Shown here one piece after another: positions 1 through 9,550 of a stretch of 47,889 bases of DNA. The notes under the pieces were generated by a model. That model was not told where the DNA came from and searched no databases. It saw only the letters and a program-made list of their open reading frames with translations. The position numbers were made by a program, and so were the translations under genes. The number at the start of each line of letters is the position of its first letter. The stretch's first letter is position 1. The stretch is from Candidatus Sericytochromatia bacterium (GTDB lineage Bacteria > Cyanobacteriota > Sericytochromatia > S15B-MN24 > JAQBPE01): assembly GCA_040400605.1 (NCBI GenBank), contig JBBAPZ010000008.1, forward strand, positions 1 through 47,889, written 5' to 3'.

Positions 1-9
1 GAGCTGGCG

Positions 10-1425
10 TTGGCACTCAATCATCGTGCCAAAGACAATCCGTTGTACACGCAAACCCGTGCCCAAGCGACAGATGGTCGGCACACATCGTGGCGATTGG
101 CGCCTGCGCCATATGTCCTATCACCCGAGCAGGCCGCCTATTTGGAGGCACTTGGTGGCCATTTGTTGGCCTTCACCGTGGCCGCGAATCGGTTGTACCA
201 GGACAGTGTCAAGGGGCATCAACCGGGATGGGTGCATCGATTGTTGGATGCGGGTAAACCGCAGGCAGTCGTGGATTACCAACGGATGAACCGTTTCAGG
301 TCCGTCTTGCCCCGTGTCATTCGACCAGACCTCATTATCGATGAAACAGGGCGGTTTCGGGCGTGCGAGCTGGATTCGGTACCAGGTGGCATCGGCTTAA
401 CCGCCAGCATGTGCGCGGATTATGCGCAAATGGGGTTTAAACCGCTGGGTGGCGCACACGGACTGGTAGAGGGTTTTGCGACGATGATTCGGGAGGTGGC
501 CAATCAGTCAGACCCCTTGCTGGCGATTGTCGTTTCGGATGAAGCAAGTGATTATTGGTTGGAGCAGCGATGGCTGGGTGAACGTCTGAACGAATTGGGA
601 CTTGATACTGTAGTTGTGCGGCCAGCGGCACTGCATTATGCGGATGATGGGCTCATGGTGTCGGTTGAAGGCGATCGACGACGCGTCGACGTCGTGTATC
701 GCTTCTTCGAGCTGTTTGACCTTAAAAATATCCCGAAGTCCGAGCTTGTGCAATATGCCAACAAGAAAGCCCAAGTGGTGGTGACACCACCTTACAAAGC
801 GTTTTTAGAAGAAAAAATGCTCTTCGCGCTGTATCATCATCCCGTATTGAGGGCGTTTTGGCGTGCCAATCTGTCTGCTGACACGGTCACCGTCCTGGAC
901 GATTTGCTGCCACACACCTGGGTGGTGGATCCAACCCCTTTACCCCCGCAAGCGGTCATTCCGGGTCTTCAGGTGGGCGGTGCGCCACTGACCCATTGGT
1001 TGCAGTTGAGTGCAACCAACAAGCGTGAGCGCACCTATGTGCTCAAGCCATCCGGTTTTTCGCCTCTGGCGTGGGGTAGCCACGGTGTCGCTTTCGGTCA
1101 CGATCTCTCAACGGCTGATTGGGAAGCTGCTTTGAAGGGGGCGATGAACGCGTTTGCCGAGACGCCCCATATCTTGCAGGTGTTTCACAAGCCGGAGCGC
1201 ACGCGCATCGAACATTACAATTTTGTACAGGATCGCATGATCAGCATGGAAGGGCGCGCCCGCTTCTGCCCCTACTACTACGTGGTGGGGCAAGATGCAC
1301 AATTGGCCGGCGTGTTGACCACGGTTTGTCCATTGGACAAACTGGCTTTACACGGAATGAGCGACGCCGTCATGGTGCCTGCCGCACTGCCTGCACGTCC
1401 GTGTGATGAACGCCCTATGGCGTAA
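10..1425 (+). CDS. Uncharacterised ATP-grasp amide/peptide ligase (glutathionylspermidine-synthase-like / circularly permuted ATP-grasp); probably 5'-truncated by the window edge
   Basis: RVIRPDL..G.FRACELDSVPGG (R-x-D...E-x-D metal/ATP motif), VVYRFFELFD, EEKMLFAL, YVLKPSGFSPLAWGSHGV and ILQVF match ATP-grasp ligase motifs. The frame is open back to position 1. Confidence 0.7.
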   Translation: MALNHRAKDNPLYTQTRAQATDGRHTSWRLAPAPYVLSPEQAAYLEALGGHLLAFTVAANRLYQDSVKGHQPGWVHRLLDAGKPQAVVDYQRMNRFRSVLPRVIRPDLIIDETGRFRACELDSVPGGIGLTASMCADYAQMGFKPLGGAHGLVEGFATMIREVANQSDPLLAIVVSDEASDYWLEQRWLGERLNELGLDTVVVRPAALHYADDGLMVSVEGDRRRVDVVYRFFELFDLKNIPKSELVQYANKKAQVVVTPPYKAFLEEKMLFALYHHPVLRAFWRANLSADTVTVLDDLLPHTWVVDPTPLPPQAVIPGLQVGGAPLTHWLQLSATNKRERTYVLKPSGFSPLAWGSHGVAFGHDLSTADWEAALKGAMNAFAETPHILQVFHKPERTRIEHYNFVQDRMISMEGRARFCPYYYVVGQDAQLAGVLTTVCPLDKLALHGMSDAVMVPAALPARPCDERPMA

Positions 1426-1450
1426 AGACAATGAGGCTTACACTAATTCC

Positions 1451-2407
1451 ATGATCGAAACCATCACGTCCTCAGACACTGAGCCACCTGCAATTGTCAT
1501 AACAGGTCTGTTCAAACAGTACGATGATTTTCACGCCGTTGAGGACCTGAGTTTTGAGGTGGCAGCAGGTGACTTTTTTGCATTTTTGGGGCCCAATGGT
1601 GCAGGAAAAACCACGACAATCAACGCCATCGTCGGCCTCGCCAATTTTCAGCAAGGCGCAATCCACGTATTCGGACACGATGTGGTGCACGACTACCGGG
1701 CTGCGCGGCGCCTGGTCGGCGTGGCGCCTCAGGATTACAACTTTGACCGGTATCTGACAGTTCTTGAAATTCTGACTTACCAAGGCGGTTACTTCGGCAT
1801 CCCTTATGCTGAAGCGTTGCCGCGCGCACGTGCCCTGCTTGAACAGTTCGGGCTCTGGGACAAGCGAGACAAGGAGATAGCCAAACTGTCAGGTGGAATG
1901 AAACGACGCCTGACGCTGGCCCGGGCATTGATTCACGCACCGAACCTGTTGATCTTGGATGAACCGACCGCTGGGGTTGATCTCGAACTGCGCCTCGAAC
2001 TCTGGTCATTTTTGCGTGCTTTGAATCAGCAAGGCACAACGATTTTTTTAACGACCCATTACCTCGAAGAAGCCGAGCACCTATGCAATCGTGTTGGCAT
2101 CGTCAACCAGGGACGCCTCGTGGCTTTGGATACAAAAGAACGCCTGTTGAATCGTGGCTCGCAAGAACAGTTGTGTCTGCGCTTGGAACGACCCTTGAGG
2201 GAGATTCCCGGCAGCCTGGACGCCTACGACGTCCGCATGGAAGAAGGTGGGCAAACGCTGGTGGTGGGTGGAGCGGTTCCAGCGGATTATCCGCGCATCT
2301 TAAGGGCTTTAGAGGCCCGAGGGGCTGTTTTGGTTGAAATGCACACCAAACGGCATAGTTTACAGGATATTTTTCTGGAGTTGACTGGTAAGCGCGATGA
2401 ACTTTAA
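1451..2407 (+). CDS. ABC transporter ATP-binding protein (YadG/CcmA-like, ABC-2 exporter)
   Basis: Walker A GPNGAGKTT, signature LSGGMKRR, Walker B LILDEPT, H-loop TTHY. ATG at 1451 is preferred over the track start at 1403, which overlaps the upstream gene. Confidence 0.93.
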   Translation: MIETITSSDTEPPAIVITGLFKQYDDFHAVEDLSFEVAAGDFFAFLGPNGAGKTTTINAIVGLANFQQGAIHVFGHDVVHDYRAARRLVGVAPQDYNFDRYLTVLEILTYQGGYFGIPYAEALPRARALLEQFGLWDKRDKEIAKLSGGMKRRLTLARALIHAPNLLILDEPTAGVDLELRLELWSFLRALNQQGTTIFLTTHYLEEAEHLCNRVGIVNQGRLVALDTKERLLNRGSQEQLCLRLERPLREIPGSLDAYDVRMEEGGQTLVVGGAVPADYPRILRALEARGAVLVEMHTKRHSLQDIFLELTGKRDEL

Positions 2408-3164
2408 TCGGATCGGGTTTGTCACCTTGGTGCGGCGCGAGCTTCGCCGCACGTTACAGATTGTCAACCAGGTTGTCTGGCCACCGCTGATTTCGACCTT
2501 GCTATACATCTTGATCATCGGCTTGTCGGTCGGTTCACGAATTCAAATTGATACTGGTGTCCCCTATGTCGCCTTCCTGATACCAGGCCTGGTGGCACTG
2601 ACCGTGATTGAGTCATCGTATGGCGAAGGCTCATCCAGTCTGTTTCAGCACCGGTTCATGAACAGCATTCAGGAATTGCTCGTCGCCCCGTTGAGCTACT
2701 GGGAAATCGTCGGAGGATTCATTTTCGGCTCCGTTGTACGCGCCTTGGTGCTGGGATGTCTGTTGCTCCTGTTTTTGCCAACCTTCAGCGGTTTGTGGCC
2801 TGGCAGCTGGGTGCTGACCTTGCTGTTGATGACCCTCATCTCCGTGCTATTTACAGCGATTGGTTTGCTGATGGCGTTATATGCAGAAAAATGGGATCAG
2901 ATCGCTATTCCCCAAGTGTTCGTGTTCACCCCGCTTATTTGGGTCGGTGGCGCGTTTTCACCCTTGCAGTTGCTACCGGCTTCGCTACAGACCGTCGCGC
3001 GTTTCAACCCGATGTTTTACATCATTGATGGTTTGCGGCAGGCGGTCTTGGGCGTTGGTGAGGCGCCGTTTTGGGTATCACTTCTGGTCACGCTGACACT
3101 CAGTGCCGGCTTTTTGTACTGGGTTTTACACTGCTTCAAGACCGGCTTCAAGCTACGGGTTTGA
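2397..3164 (+). CDS. ABC-2 type permease (YadH-like)
   Basis: About six hydrophobic segments, FLIPGL, IQELLVAPLS, NPMFYIIDGLR and a C-terminal GFKLR. Overlaps the ATPase stop. Confidence 0.92.
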   Translation: MNFNRIGFVTLVRRELRRTLQIVNQVVWPPLISTLLYILIIGLSVGSRIQIDTGVPYVAFLIPGLVALTVIESSYGEGSSSLFQHRFMNSIQELLVAPLSYWEIVGGFIFGSVVRALVLGCLLLLFLPTFSGLWPGSWVLTLLLMTLISVLFTAIGLLMALYAEKWDQIAIPQVFVFTPLIWVGGAFSPLQLLPASLQTVARFNPMFYIIDGLRQAVLGVGEAPFWVSLLVTLTLSAGFLYWVLHCFKTGFKLRV

Positions 3165-3167
3165 CGC

Positions 3168-4634
3168 TTATGGCAATACCCACGTTCCAAGGAGGTTTTC
3201 ACGATCGATCGTCGCAGGCAATGCCGTTCGCCAGTAGCTTGGCTCAGGTGCTTCGAGACGATAATAGGTACTGCTCCAGGGCCGCAATGAGAGGGTCAAC
3301 TGACTGTTGCCAAGCGGCAAGGTCGCAAAGCCTTTGAGATCAAAGTCACCGTAGCGTGTATTGAGCCGCAAATTCCGATAATGGTAGGGTGTTTCAGCCG
3401 CCCACGGCTCGTCCGTCACCAAATTGGCAATGGCCCAATCCCGAAACACCGCCTTGAAGGTGGTGTTGCTGGTTGCGAGACAGTCTTCAACGTTGGCTTC
3501 GCCGGCGCGTGCGCCATTCATGAGTCGTTGAACAACATCGAGACCAAAGCGATCGACCAAATAGCGAACAAACAGGTAACTTTGACCGTAAGAGAAACCG
3601 TGTGGGTTACCGTTCCAATCGGTCAATGAATAACGGTGGGGATTTTGTTGGGTTTCATTGAGATCCTTGGCCACGTGGCGATCGCCCGCTGGCAACCCGT
3701 AACCCGCCACTTCCATCGCATACATGCTCAACCCCTCATCAAGCCAGGTGTCTTCGGGCACACTGCGTGGCTCCCGCGCAAAACGGCGGGTAAAATTAAT
3801 CAGATGCTGAAACTCGTGCGCGAGCGTGCCAAAACTTGTCAACGCCGGATAATTGAACAGTTGATCCGTCAAAAACAACACCTCTTTGTGGTTGGAACGA
3901 CCACCAACACCCGGTAACGCATCACGTGACCAGAAATACCCCATCATTCCTTTGGCAGCACCCCAGTTATCAACTGCAGGCGAAATAACGATAAAAATAC
4001 GCTGATGCCCGTCCACCCCAGGTTGGGCTTCCGCGCCAAACACCTGGGTCACCCGCGGGTAGATGTTTAACTCGAATTCATCCACCAGTCGGTCCCATTG
4101 CTCATCTGAAAATGACGTACGAGGGGCGGCATCCATGAAAAACCACGCGTGCGGACTCACTCGCTTCAGTATCGCGCGGCGTTGAATATCCGCGTCACCA
4201 TCAACGTCCGCCCGATTGATCCAAAATTGCTGTGCCGCCCCCACCGTCAACTCAGGTGTCTGTTGCACACGACGGAGCAGTCGGGTTGGCCACTTGGGCC
4301 ATTGCTTGCCATTTTGTCGGGTAAAACGGTCAGTGTATGGCATGGGCTCATCCACGGACATGACAGTACGCGCACGGGGGCGATCAACCGTCATTGCGAA
4401 GTCGCCTGACGATTGCCGAGAGGCCCACGAGGCAATCAAGCGGGGATTGTTTGACTGCCGAGGAAGCGTGGTCCACTGACCATCGGTCGCCACGATGGGA
4501 ACCAGGTGATTACTTGCCAATAAAGGTGGCGTCGTTGGCAAGGAACCAGTCTGACCTTGACAACCCCACAGCAGTAAAAAACCGATTCCAAGCACGCCGA
4601 ATCGCACGCCGGGCCTCACGCAGGAACGCATCAC
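3168..4634 (-). CDS. Lipoprotein zinc metallopeptidase (M30/M6-like, HExxH)
   Basis: Lipobox LLWGC, TLAHEFQHLI, WLDEGLSMYAME third-ligand motif and SYGQSYLFVRYL. GGAGG SD at 4644-4648 (minus). Confidence 0.82.
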   Translation of the reverse strand: MMRSCVRPGVRFGVLGIGFLLLWGCQGQTGSLPTTPPLLASNHLVPIVATDGQWTTLPRQSNNPRLIASWASRQSSGDFAMTVDRPRARTVMSVDEPMPYTDRFTRQNGKQWPKWPTRLLRRVQQTPELTVGAAQQFWINRADVDGDADIQRRAILKRVSPHAWFFMDAAPRTSFSDEQWDRLVDEFELNIYPRVTQVFGAEAQPGVDGHQRIFIVISPAVDNWGAAKGMMGYFWSRDALPGVGGRSNHKEVLFLTDQLFNYPALTSFGTLAHEFQHLINFTRRFAREPRSVPEDTWLDEGLSMYAMEVAGYGLPAGDRHVAKDLNETQQNPHRYSLTDWNGNPHGFSYGQSYLFVRYLVDRFGLDVVQRLMNGARAGEANVEDCLATSNTTFKAVFRDWAIANLVTDEPWAAETPYHYRNLRLNTRYGDFDLKGFATLPLGNSQLTLSLRPWSSTYYRLEAPEPSYWRTALPATIDRENLLGTWVLP

Positions 4635-4821
4635 AGTCGATCGCCTCCATCGAGCAACGTACCCGATTTATCACATTTGAACAAGTGTCAGCCAAAGGGT
4701 TTGCACAGCGGTGATCCACCCTGCTGATAGCGCGCGTTCCGGGATGGGACACCCCGCACCGCAGACCGGCACGCGTTTGGCGAATGTCTCTCGCAATGGG
4801 CACTGCGCTTTCGGAGATTAC

Positions 4822-4850
4822 TTGTCAAGGATCTGGTGTCGCTTTACAAT
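4822..4850 (+). promoter_or_regulatory. Sigma70-type promoter, probably leaderless, for the 4858 gene
   Basis: TTGTCA (4822-4827), 17-bp spacer, TACAAT (4845-4850), then 7 nt to the ATG at 4858 with no SD. Confidence 0.7.
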
Positions 4851-4857
4851 AACAGGC

Positions 4858-5361
4858 ATGGATCACAGACCGCGAGCGCAAGGGGTTCGTTTACTCGCTT
4901 TTGCATGCTATTTTCCAGTTGTCGCGTTATTCGTGCTTGTCGCACGTCGCTTCTTTGACGTGCGTCTGCTCCGATTTCATGCCTACCAGTCGTTGATGTG
5001 TTTGACCCTCGTCATTGGTCTGCTGGTTTTGGGTGGGCTTTTTTCCTCTCTAACACTTTGGATGCCAGTTGCCGCTTTTTGGTTGGATCTCCTGATTGGG
5101 ATGGTCTATATCGCACTGTTGTGCGGCTACACTGGCTTGGCGGGACACGCGGCCTGGGTGGCCTATCAAGGGCAGTATACCCGCTATCCGTTGTTGACGG
5201 ATTGGGTTTGGCGCTGTGTTCACCCGACGGCGAGGCGTCTTGAACCGGGACGCAAACGTCGGGCGCGGGGGGCTGTTGTGGCTGCCTCAGCTTCAGAAAC
5301 GCCTGATTCGAAAGCGGTGCAACTCAGGCCGGGGATTGTATCGGGTTTAGCGTCTGAGTGA
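4858..5361 (+). CDS. DUF4870/Tic20-like small membrane protein
   Basis: LAFACYF...RFHAYQSL, three TM segments and AYQGQYTRYPLL fit the DUF4870 pattern. Start moved from 4711 to the ATG at 4858 because of the promoter. Confidence 0.75.
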   Translation: MDHRPRAQGVRLLAFACYFPVVALFVLVARRFFDVRLLRFHAYQSLMCLTLVIGLLVLGGLFSSLTLWMPVAAFWLDLLIGMVYIALLCGYTGLAGHAAWVAYQGQYTRYPLLTDWVWRCVHPTARRLEPGRKRRARGAVVAASASETPDSKAVQLRPGIVSGLASE

Positions 5362-6358
5362 TTGACGGCAGTTTATAGAGCACGGCATCGTTGGGTTTAA
5401 GACTGCTGGTGCCCTCTGCGAGTTGCGCCCGATAATGCGGGAGGGAAAATTCAACGGCTTCGGCTCCCTCTTGGAGCGGAACCATTTGCAAGTGTACATC
5501 CCGCATCAGCAATTTACCGATCAACAAATCGTGACCTCGCATCGTGATATGACATGGCGCTTGTCCCTGAATCAGTGGGGCTCGGGTGCGCTGTGCGGGC
5601 CGCGCATACTCCATGATAAGGTGTTGATCCTTGATCGTCGCCTGAATCAACTTTCCTTGCGTTTGGGGATGGGGCATCAACCGAATCGGATCAATGTGGA
5701 TACAATCCCCCTGCACCTTGATAGCGGCCGTCTGACTGCTCGCAATATAAGACTCAAGCGCGATTCCAAAAAACTGTAAGGTTCGTGCGACACTCACATG
5801 GTTAACACGCAATGATTGCAATCCCAGAATCAAACCACCCGTCGGGGTGCTGGACAGGTGAAAGCGCATATCAATTGGCAAATGGATCATTCGCGTGGGC
5901 TTGTAACGTCCGACAAGTCGAAACTCATTGTCCGTCAACTGGACGACGAGATGTTGAAATGGGCTGTTTTGACGTTCCCTGTAAGCGTGGCGATTCAACA
6001 GGGTGGTGATACTCAAGGCATCCATGGCAATCCGTCCGTGATGAATATCAAGCTGATATTGCTGCGTCTCCTCCGGAATAAACGGGGTGTGCGCATTTTT
6101 CACCCGAATCTCGGCCTCAAGATCGAGTATCAACAGTTCGATACCCTCTTCCATCACCAAACGGGCATGTTTGGCCCACAGATGCGCGGCGCCGACTTTG
6201 GGCGAGGCGGGTTCGATGTCCGGTTCGTGCCCGATACCACCGCCGCGCCACCAAGTTTCCATGAATGCCTTGAATGCCGCCGAAAAAATTCCGGCCTTCT
6301 CACCAAGCGTCGTCCCGTTCGCAAGCATTGACTGAGCGGTTTGATGGGTATCGGCCAT
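5324..6358 (-). CDS. Hypothetical protein, LmeA/DUF2993-like (possible lipid-binding beta-rich fold)
   Basis: Long ORF immediately after the HDAC stop. Pattern LDIHHGRIAM..ITTLLNRHAY...LVVQL...FRLVG...LPIDM.FHLSSTPTGGLILGLQSLRV resembles DUF2993-like proteins. Start is either ATG 6358 or TTG 6367. Confidence 0.55.
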   Translation of the reverse strand: MADTHQTAQSMLANGTTLGEKAGIFSAAFKAFMETWWRGGGIGHEPDIEPASPKVGAAHLWAKHARLVMEEGIELLILDLEAEIRVKNAHTPFIPEETQQYQLDIHHGRIAMDALSITTLLNRHAYRERQNSPFQHLVVQLTDNEFRLVGRYKPTRMIHLPIDMRFHLSSTPTGGLILGLQSLRVNHVSVARTLQFFGIALESYIASSQTAAIKVQGDCIHIDPIRLMPHPQTQGKLIQATIKDQHLIMEYARPAQRTRAPLIQGQAPCHITMRGHDLLIGKLLMRDVHLQMVPLQEGAEAVEFSLPHYRAQLAEGTSSLKPNDAVLYKLPSITQTLNPIQSPA

Positions 6359-6363
6359 GACCG

Positions 6364-7722
6364 TCAAGCTCGGTCCAAGATGGGCCAGAAGGCAACCTGG
6401 GTCGATCTGACAGCGGCAATACGCGCTTTGATACGGGAATGAACCGGTTTGTCGAACGTTTCGCCGAGCATGTCATCAACACTGCCGCCATCGGACAATA
6501 CACGCACGATTGTTTCAACGGCCCGCGCCGCAACGGGGGGATTATAACCACCCTCCAACACCAGCACAAGACGACCGTCACAGAGTTCCCGCGCGAGATC
6601 CCTGACAATCTGGGTCAATTTTGCGTAACCCGCATCGCTAAGATTCATTTGAGCGATGCGATCCTGCTTGTGAGCATCCTGTCCAGCCGACACGATGATC
6701 AAATCAGGACGGAAGCTGCGTGCAATAGGCGCCAGCACCTCTTCAAAAACACGCACATACCCATCATCACCCGTTCGAGGGGGTAAAGGCACATTCACAT
6801 TGAATCCCTGGCCTTGGCCAATTCCCGTCTCAGACATTTTTCCGGTGCGACGCGGATAAATGTTCTCTTGGTGCGTTGAAAACACAAGCACGCTCGGATC
6901 ACGATAAAAAATCTCCTGCGTGCCGTTGCCGTGATGCACGTCCCAATCCACAATCAAGACACGCTTGACCTTATGAGTAGCCTGAGCGTGACGCGCGGCA
7001 ACGGCTGCATTGTTAAAAATGCAAAAACCGCGGTTTCGCCCACGCATCGCGTGATGCCCCGGAGGGCGCACCAGCGCAAAACCTGCCAACGACCGGTCAC
7101 GCATCACCGCGTCCACAGCCTGTATGGCAGCACCCGCCGCCAAGGCGCCCGCGTCAAACGGTCGCATCCGACTGTGCTTTGGCGCGCCATCAGGTCTCAA
7201 GACCAATCGCACAACCTTCTCCAAACGCGGTGTTGGCATCGGACTCGGGCCCGCACCATTCGACGCGAGTACAGGAGACGGTGCACTGCTTGGCATATTC
7301 ACCAACCGATACTCAACCCTGCGCGTCACAACAAACTCGTCTTGGGGCAAATCAACCGACTGCCGGATGTACTTGATGTAACGCCGCGTATGGACGCGGG
7401 CCAATTGTTCATCCGTTGCTTTGACGACAGTTGAAACATCAATTCGGAAATCCAACGCACGCAACCGCTCCATGATCCGACGAACACGAACGGCGTTTTC
7501 CTCGTAGGTCCCGACTTTTGGACCTTCGTATATCAGGCAGTCCGCGTCATGAATCAGGGTGACCGCCTTTGGCGCCGGCTTAGGCGTTGTCTTGGGTACT
7601 TTGCGCAGCTCTTCCGGCGTCAAGGTGTCAGCCCTTAAAGGCGCCTGACGTCCAAAAAAAGTGCCTGCGATGGCCGACATACCCATCGCGCCCAACCAAA
7701 CCAAAAACGCTCGTCTATTCAT
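6364..7722 (-). CDS. Histone deacetylase family (class II / acetylpolyamine amidohydrolase-like) protein with a Tat signal peptide
   Basis: RPPGHHA, GFCIFNNAA, DWDVHHGNGTQ, SAGQDAH and LEGGY. N-terminus MNRRAFL followed by a hydrophobic stretch. Confidence 0.92.
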   Translation of the reverse strand: MNRRAFLVWLGAMGMSAIAGTFFGRQAPLRADTLTPEELRKVPKTTPKPAPKAVTLIHDADCLIYEGPKVGTYEENAVRVRRIMERLRALDFRIDVSTVVKATDEQLARVHTRRYIKYIRQSVDLPQDEFVVTRRVEYRLVNMPSSAPSPVLASNGAGPSPMPTPRLEKVVRLVLRPDGAPKHSRMRPFDAGALAAGAAIQAVDAVMRDRSLAGFALVRPPGHHAMRGRNRGFCIFNNAAVAARHAQATHKVKRVLIVDWDVHHGNGTQEIFYRDPSVLVFSTHQENIYPRRTGKMSETGIGQGQGFNVNVPLPPRTGDDGYVRVFEEVLAPIARSFRPDLIIVSAGQDAHKQDRIAQMNLSDAGYAKLTQIVRDLARELCDGRLVLVLEGGYNPPVAARAVETIVRVLSDGGSVDDMLGETFDKPVHSRIKARIAAVRSTQVAFWPILDRA

Positions 7723-7898
7723 GTGTCATGGAATATTGAATGCAGCATAGCGGATCTCATGTTACTACGGACGCTCGCTGTTGTGTCAATTGAACAGGTC
7801 GATCCGCGTGATACTCAAAAAAGGGTTGATTGGTGATCAAATTTTGGCTGTTGTTGAACAACAGCCAGTGCGTGCCTGATATCAGCGCGGAACACAAC

Positions 7899-8498
7899 CT
7901 AAATCGTTTCGACGGCCGGATTGTTGGCGTCGCCACGCACATTGAATTGTTGCATGGTGACATCAATCCCCTGCTCGACAAGGCAGGTACAGGCAGACGT
8001 TGCCCGTTCAATGGCACGCGCGAGCGTGGCATCTTCCGTTGAATGAAAACGCCCCAGCACAAAATCAACGCTCTTAAGGCGGGGTGGCAGTGGGCCGATA
8101 CCGACGCGAATGCGTGGAAACACGTTGGTGCCTGTCATTGCGATGATAGAGCGTATTCCGTTGTGGCCACCGGCGCTTCCATCCGGCCTGACGCGAAGCG
8201 AACCCAAAGGGATTGCGAAATCATCATAAATGATGACCAAATCGGCGGGCGTCAATTTGTACCAGTTTAATAAAGCGACCACGGCTTCACCACTCAGGTT
8301 CATGTACGTGGTCGGCTTGGCCAGCACGATTCGGTGTGATCCTATTCGCCCCTCGCCAACCAAAGCCTTGAAACGACTTTCTTGACGAATGGATGTCCCT
8401 AGTTGGTCAAGCAGGGCGTCGACTGCCATAAAGCCCACGTTATGGCGGGTTCGCTCATATTTGGCACCTGGGTTGCCAAGACCGACGATAAGTTTCAC
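7899..8498 (-). CDS. pth: Peptidyl-tRNA hydrolase
   Basis: MKLIVGLGNPG..Y..TRHNVGF, KPTTYMNLSG, GSAGGHNGIRSI, RIRVGIG. Confidence 0.98.
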   Translation of the reverse strand: MKLIVGLGNPGAKYERTRHNVGFMAVDALLDQLGTSIRQESRFKALVGEGRIGSHRIVLAKPTTYMNLSGEAVVALLNWYKLTPADLVIIYDDFAIPLGSLRVRPDGSAGGHNGIRSIIAMTGTNVFPRIRVGIGPLPPRLKSVDFVLGRFHSTEDATLARAIERATSACTCLVEQGIDVTMQQFNVRGDANNPAVETI

Positions 8499-8509
8499 GC
8501 GCGCTTGCC

Positions 8510-9544
8510 CTAATCGAAAAGCGTACTAACGGAGACGTCCTCATGGATGCGCATGATGGCTTCACCCAGCAAAGCGGCGACGGATAACGACGTAATGTTC
8601 GGAAGCCGTTTTTCATTCGGCAGCGGTATCGAGTTGGTGACGATCAATTCTTTCAGGTTAGAGTTCTTGATGCGCTCAATCGCCGGCCCAGACAAAATGC
8701 CGTGGGTACAGCATGCATAGACTTCGGTGGCACCCTGTTCAGCCAACAAAGCGGCGCCTGCGACCAACGTGCCGGCGGTATCGACCAGGTCATCCACCAT
8801 GATCGCAGTCATGCCTGCAACCTCTCCGATCACATTCATCACTTCAGCCTGGTTGTGCGCCGTGCGGCGCTTGTCAATAATGGCAATGGGCGCGTTCAGT
8901 TTTTTTGCGATCGCCCGGGCCCGCGTGACGCCACCGACATCCGGTGACACCACAACCAATTTATCCGACGCGAATGCCTGACTGGTGCGCTTGCGATTGA
9001 GATAATCGACCAGAACAGGCGCAGCAAAAAGGTGATCGACCAGAATATCGAAAAAACCCTGTATCTGCGGCGCATGCAAATCCATCGCCACCACCCGATT
9101 GGCACCCGCCGTCGTCAGCAATTCAGCGACCAACTTGGCACTGATGGCTTCACGACCATGGGCCTTGCGGTCCTGTCTGGCATAGGCGTAATACGGCACA
9201 ACGGCTGTGATCTGGCGTGCAGAGGCCCGTTTGAAAGCATCCAGCATGATCAGCAACTCCATCAGGTGATAGTTCACCGGATGACAAATGGGCTGCACAA
9301 TGAAAACGTCATCACCGCGGACGCTTTCCTGGATCTGGACATAGATTTCACCATCACTGAAGTTGGCAATTTTCATGCCGCCCAGTTTCACCCCTAAATG
9401 GTTGGCGATGTCACCCGCAAGCCGCGGATTCGCAGAACCGGAAAAAAGCTTCACTTCCTTGCGAACCATCAAGTTACGCCAAGCCTCGTTTGCGGTTGCG
9501 TACTGTTCGATCACCACGTCGTTCATCTGCTCCTGACTCGTCAT
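8510..9544 (-). CDS. prs: Ribose-phosphate pyrophosphokinase
   Basis: [69 protein letters not shown]-terminal SVSTLF. Confidence 0.98.
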   Translation of the reverse strand: MTSQEQMNDVVIEQYATANEAWRNLMVRKEVKLFSGSANPRLAGDIANHLGVKLGGMKIANFSDGEIYVQIQESVRGDDVFIVQPICHPVNYHLMELLIMLDAFKRASARQITAVVPYYAYARQDRKAHGREAISAKLVAELLTTAGANRVVAMDLHAPQIQGFFDILVDHLFAAPVLVDYLNRKRTSQAFASDKLVVVSPDVGGVTRARAIAKKLNAPIAIIDKRRTAHNQAEVMNVIGEVAGMTAIMVDDLVDTAGTLVAGAALLAEQGATEVYACCTHGILSGPAIERIKNSNLKELIVTNSIPLPNEKRLPNITSLSVAALLGEAIMRIHEDVSVSTLFD

Positions 9545-9550
9545 GCCGGA

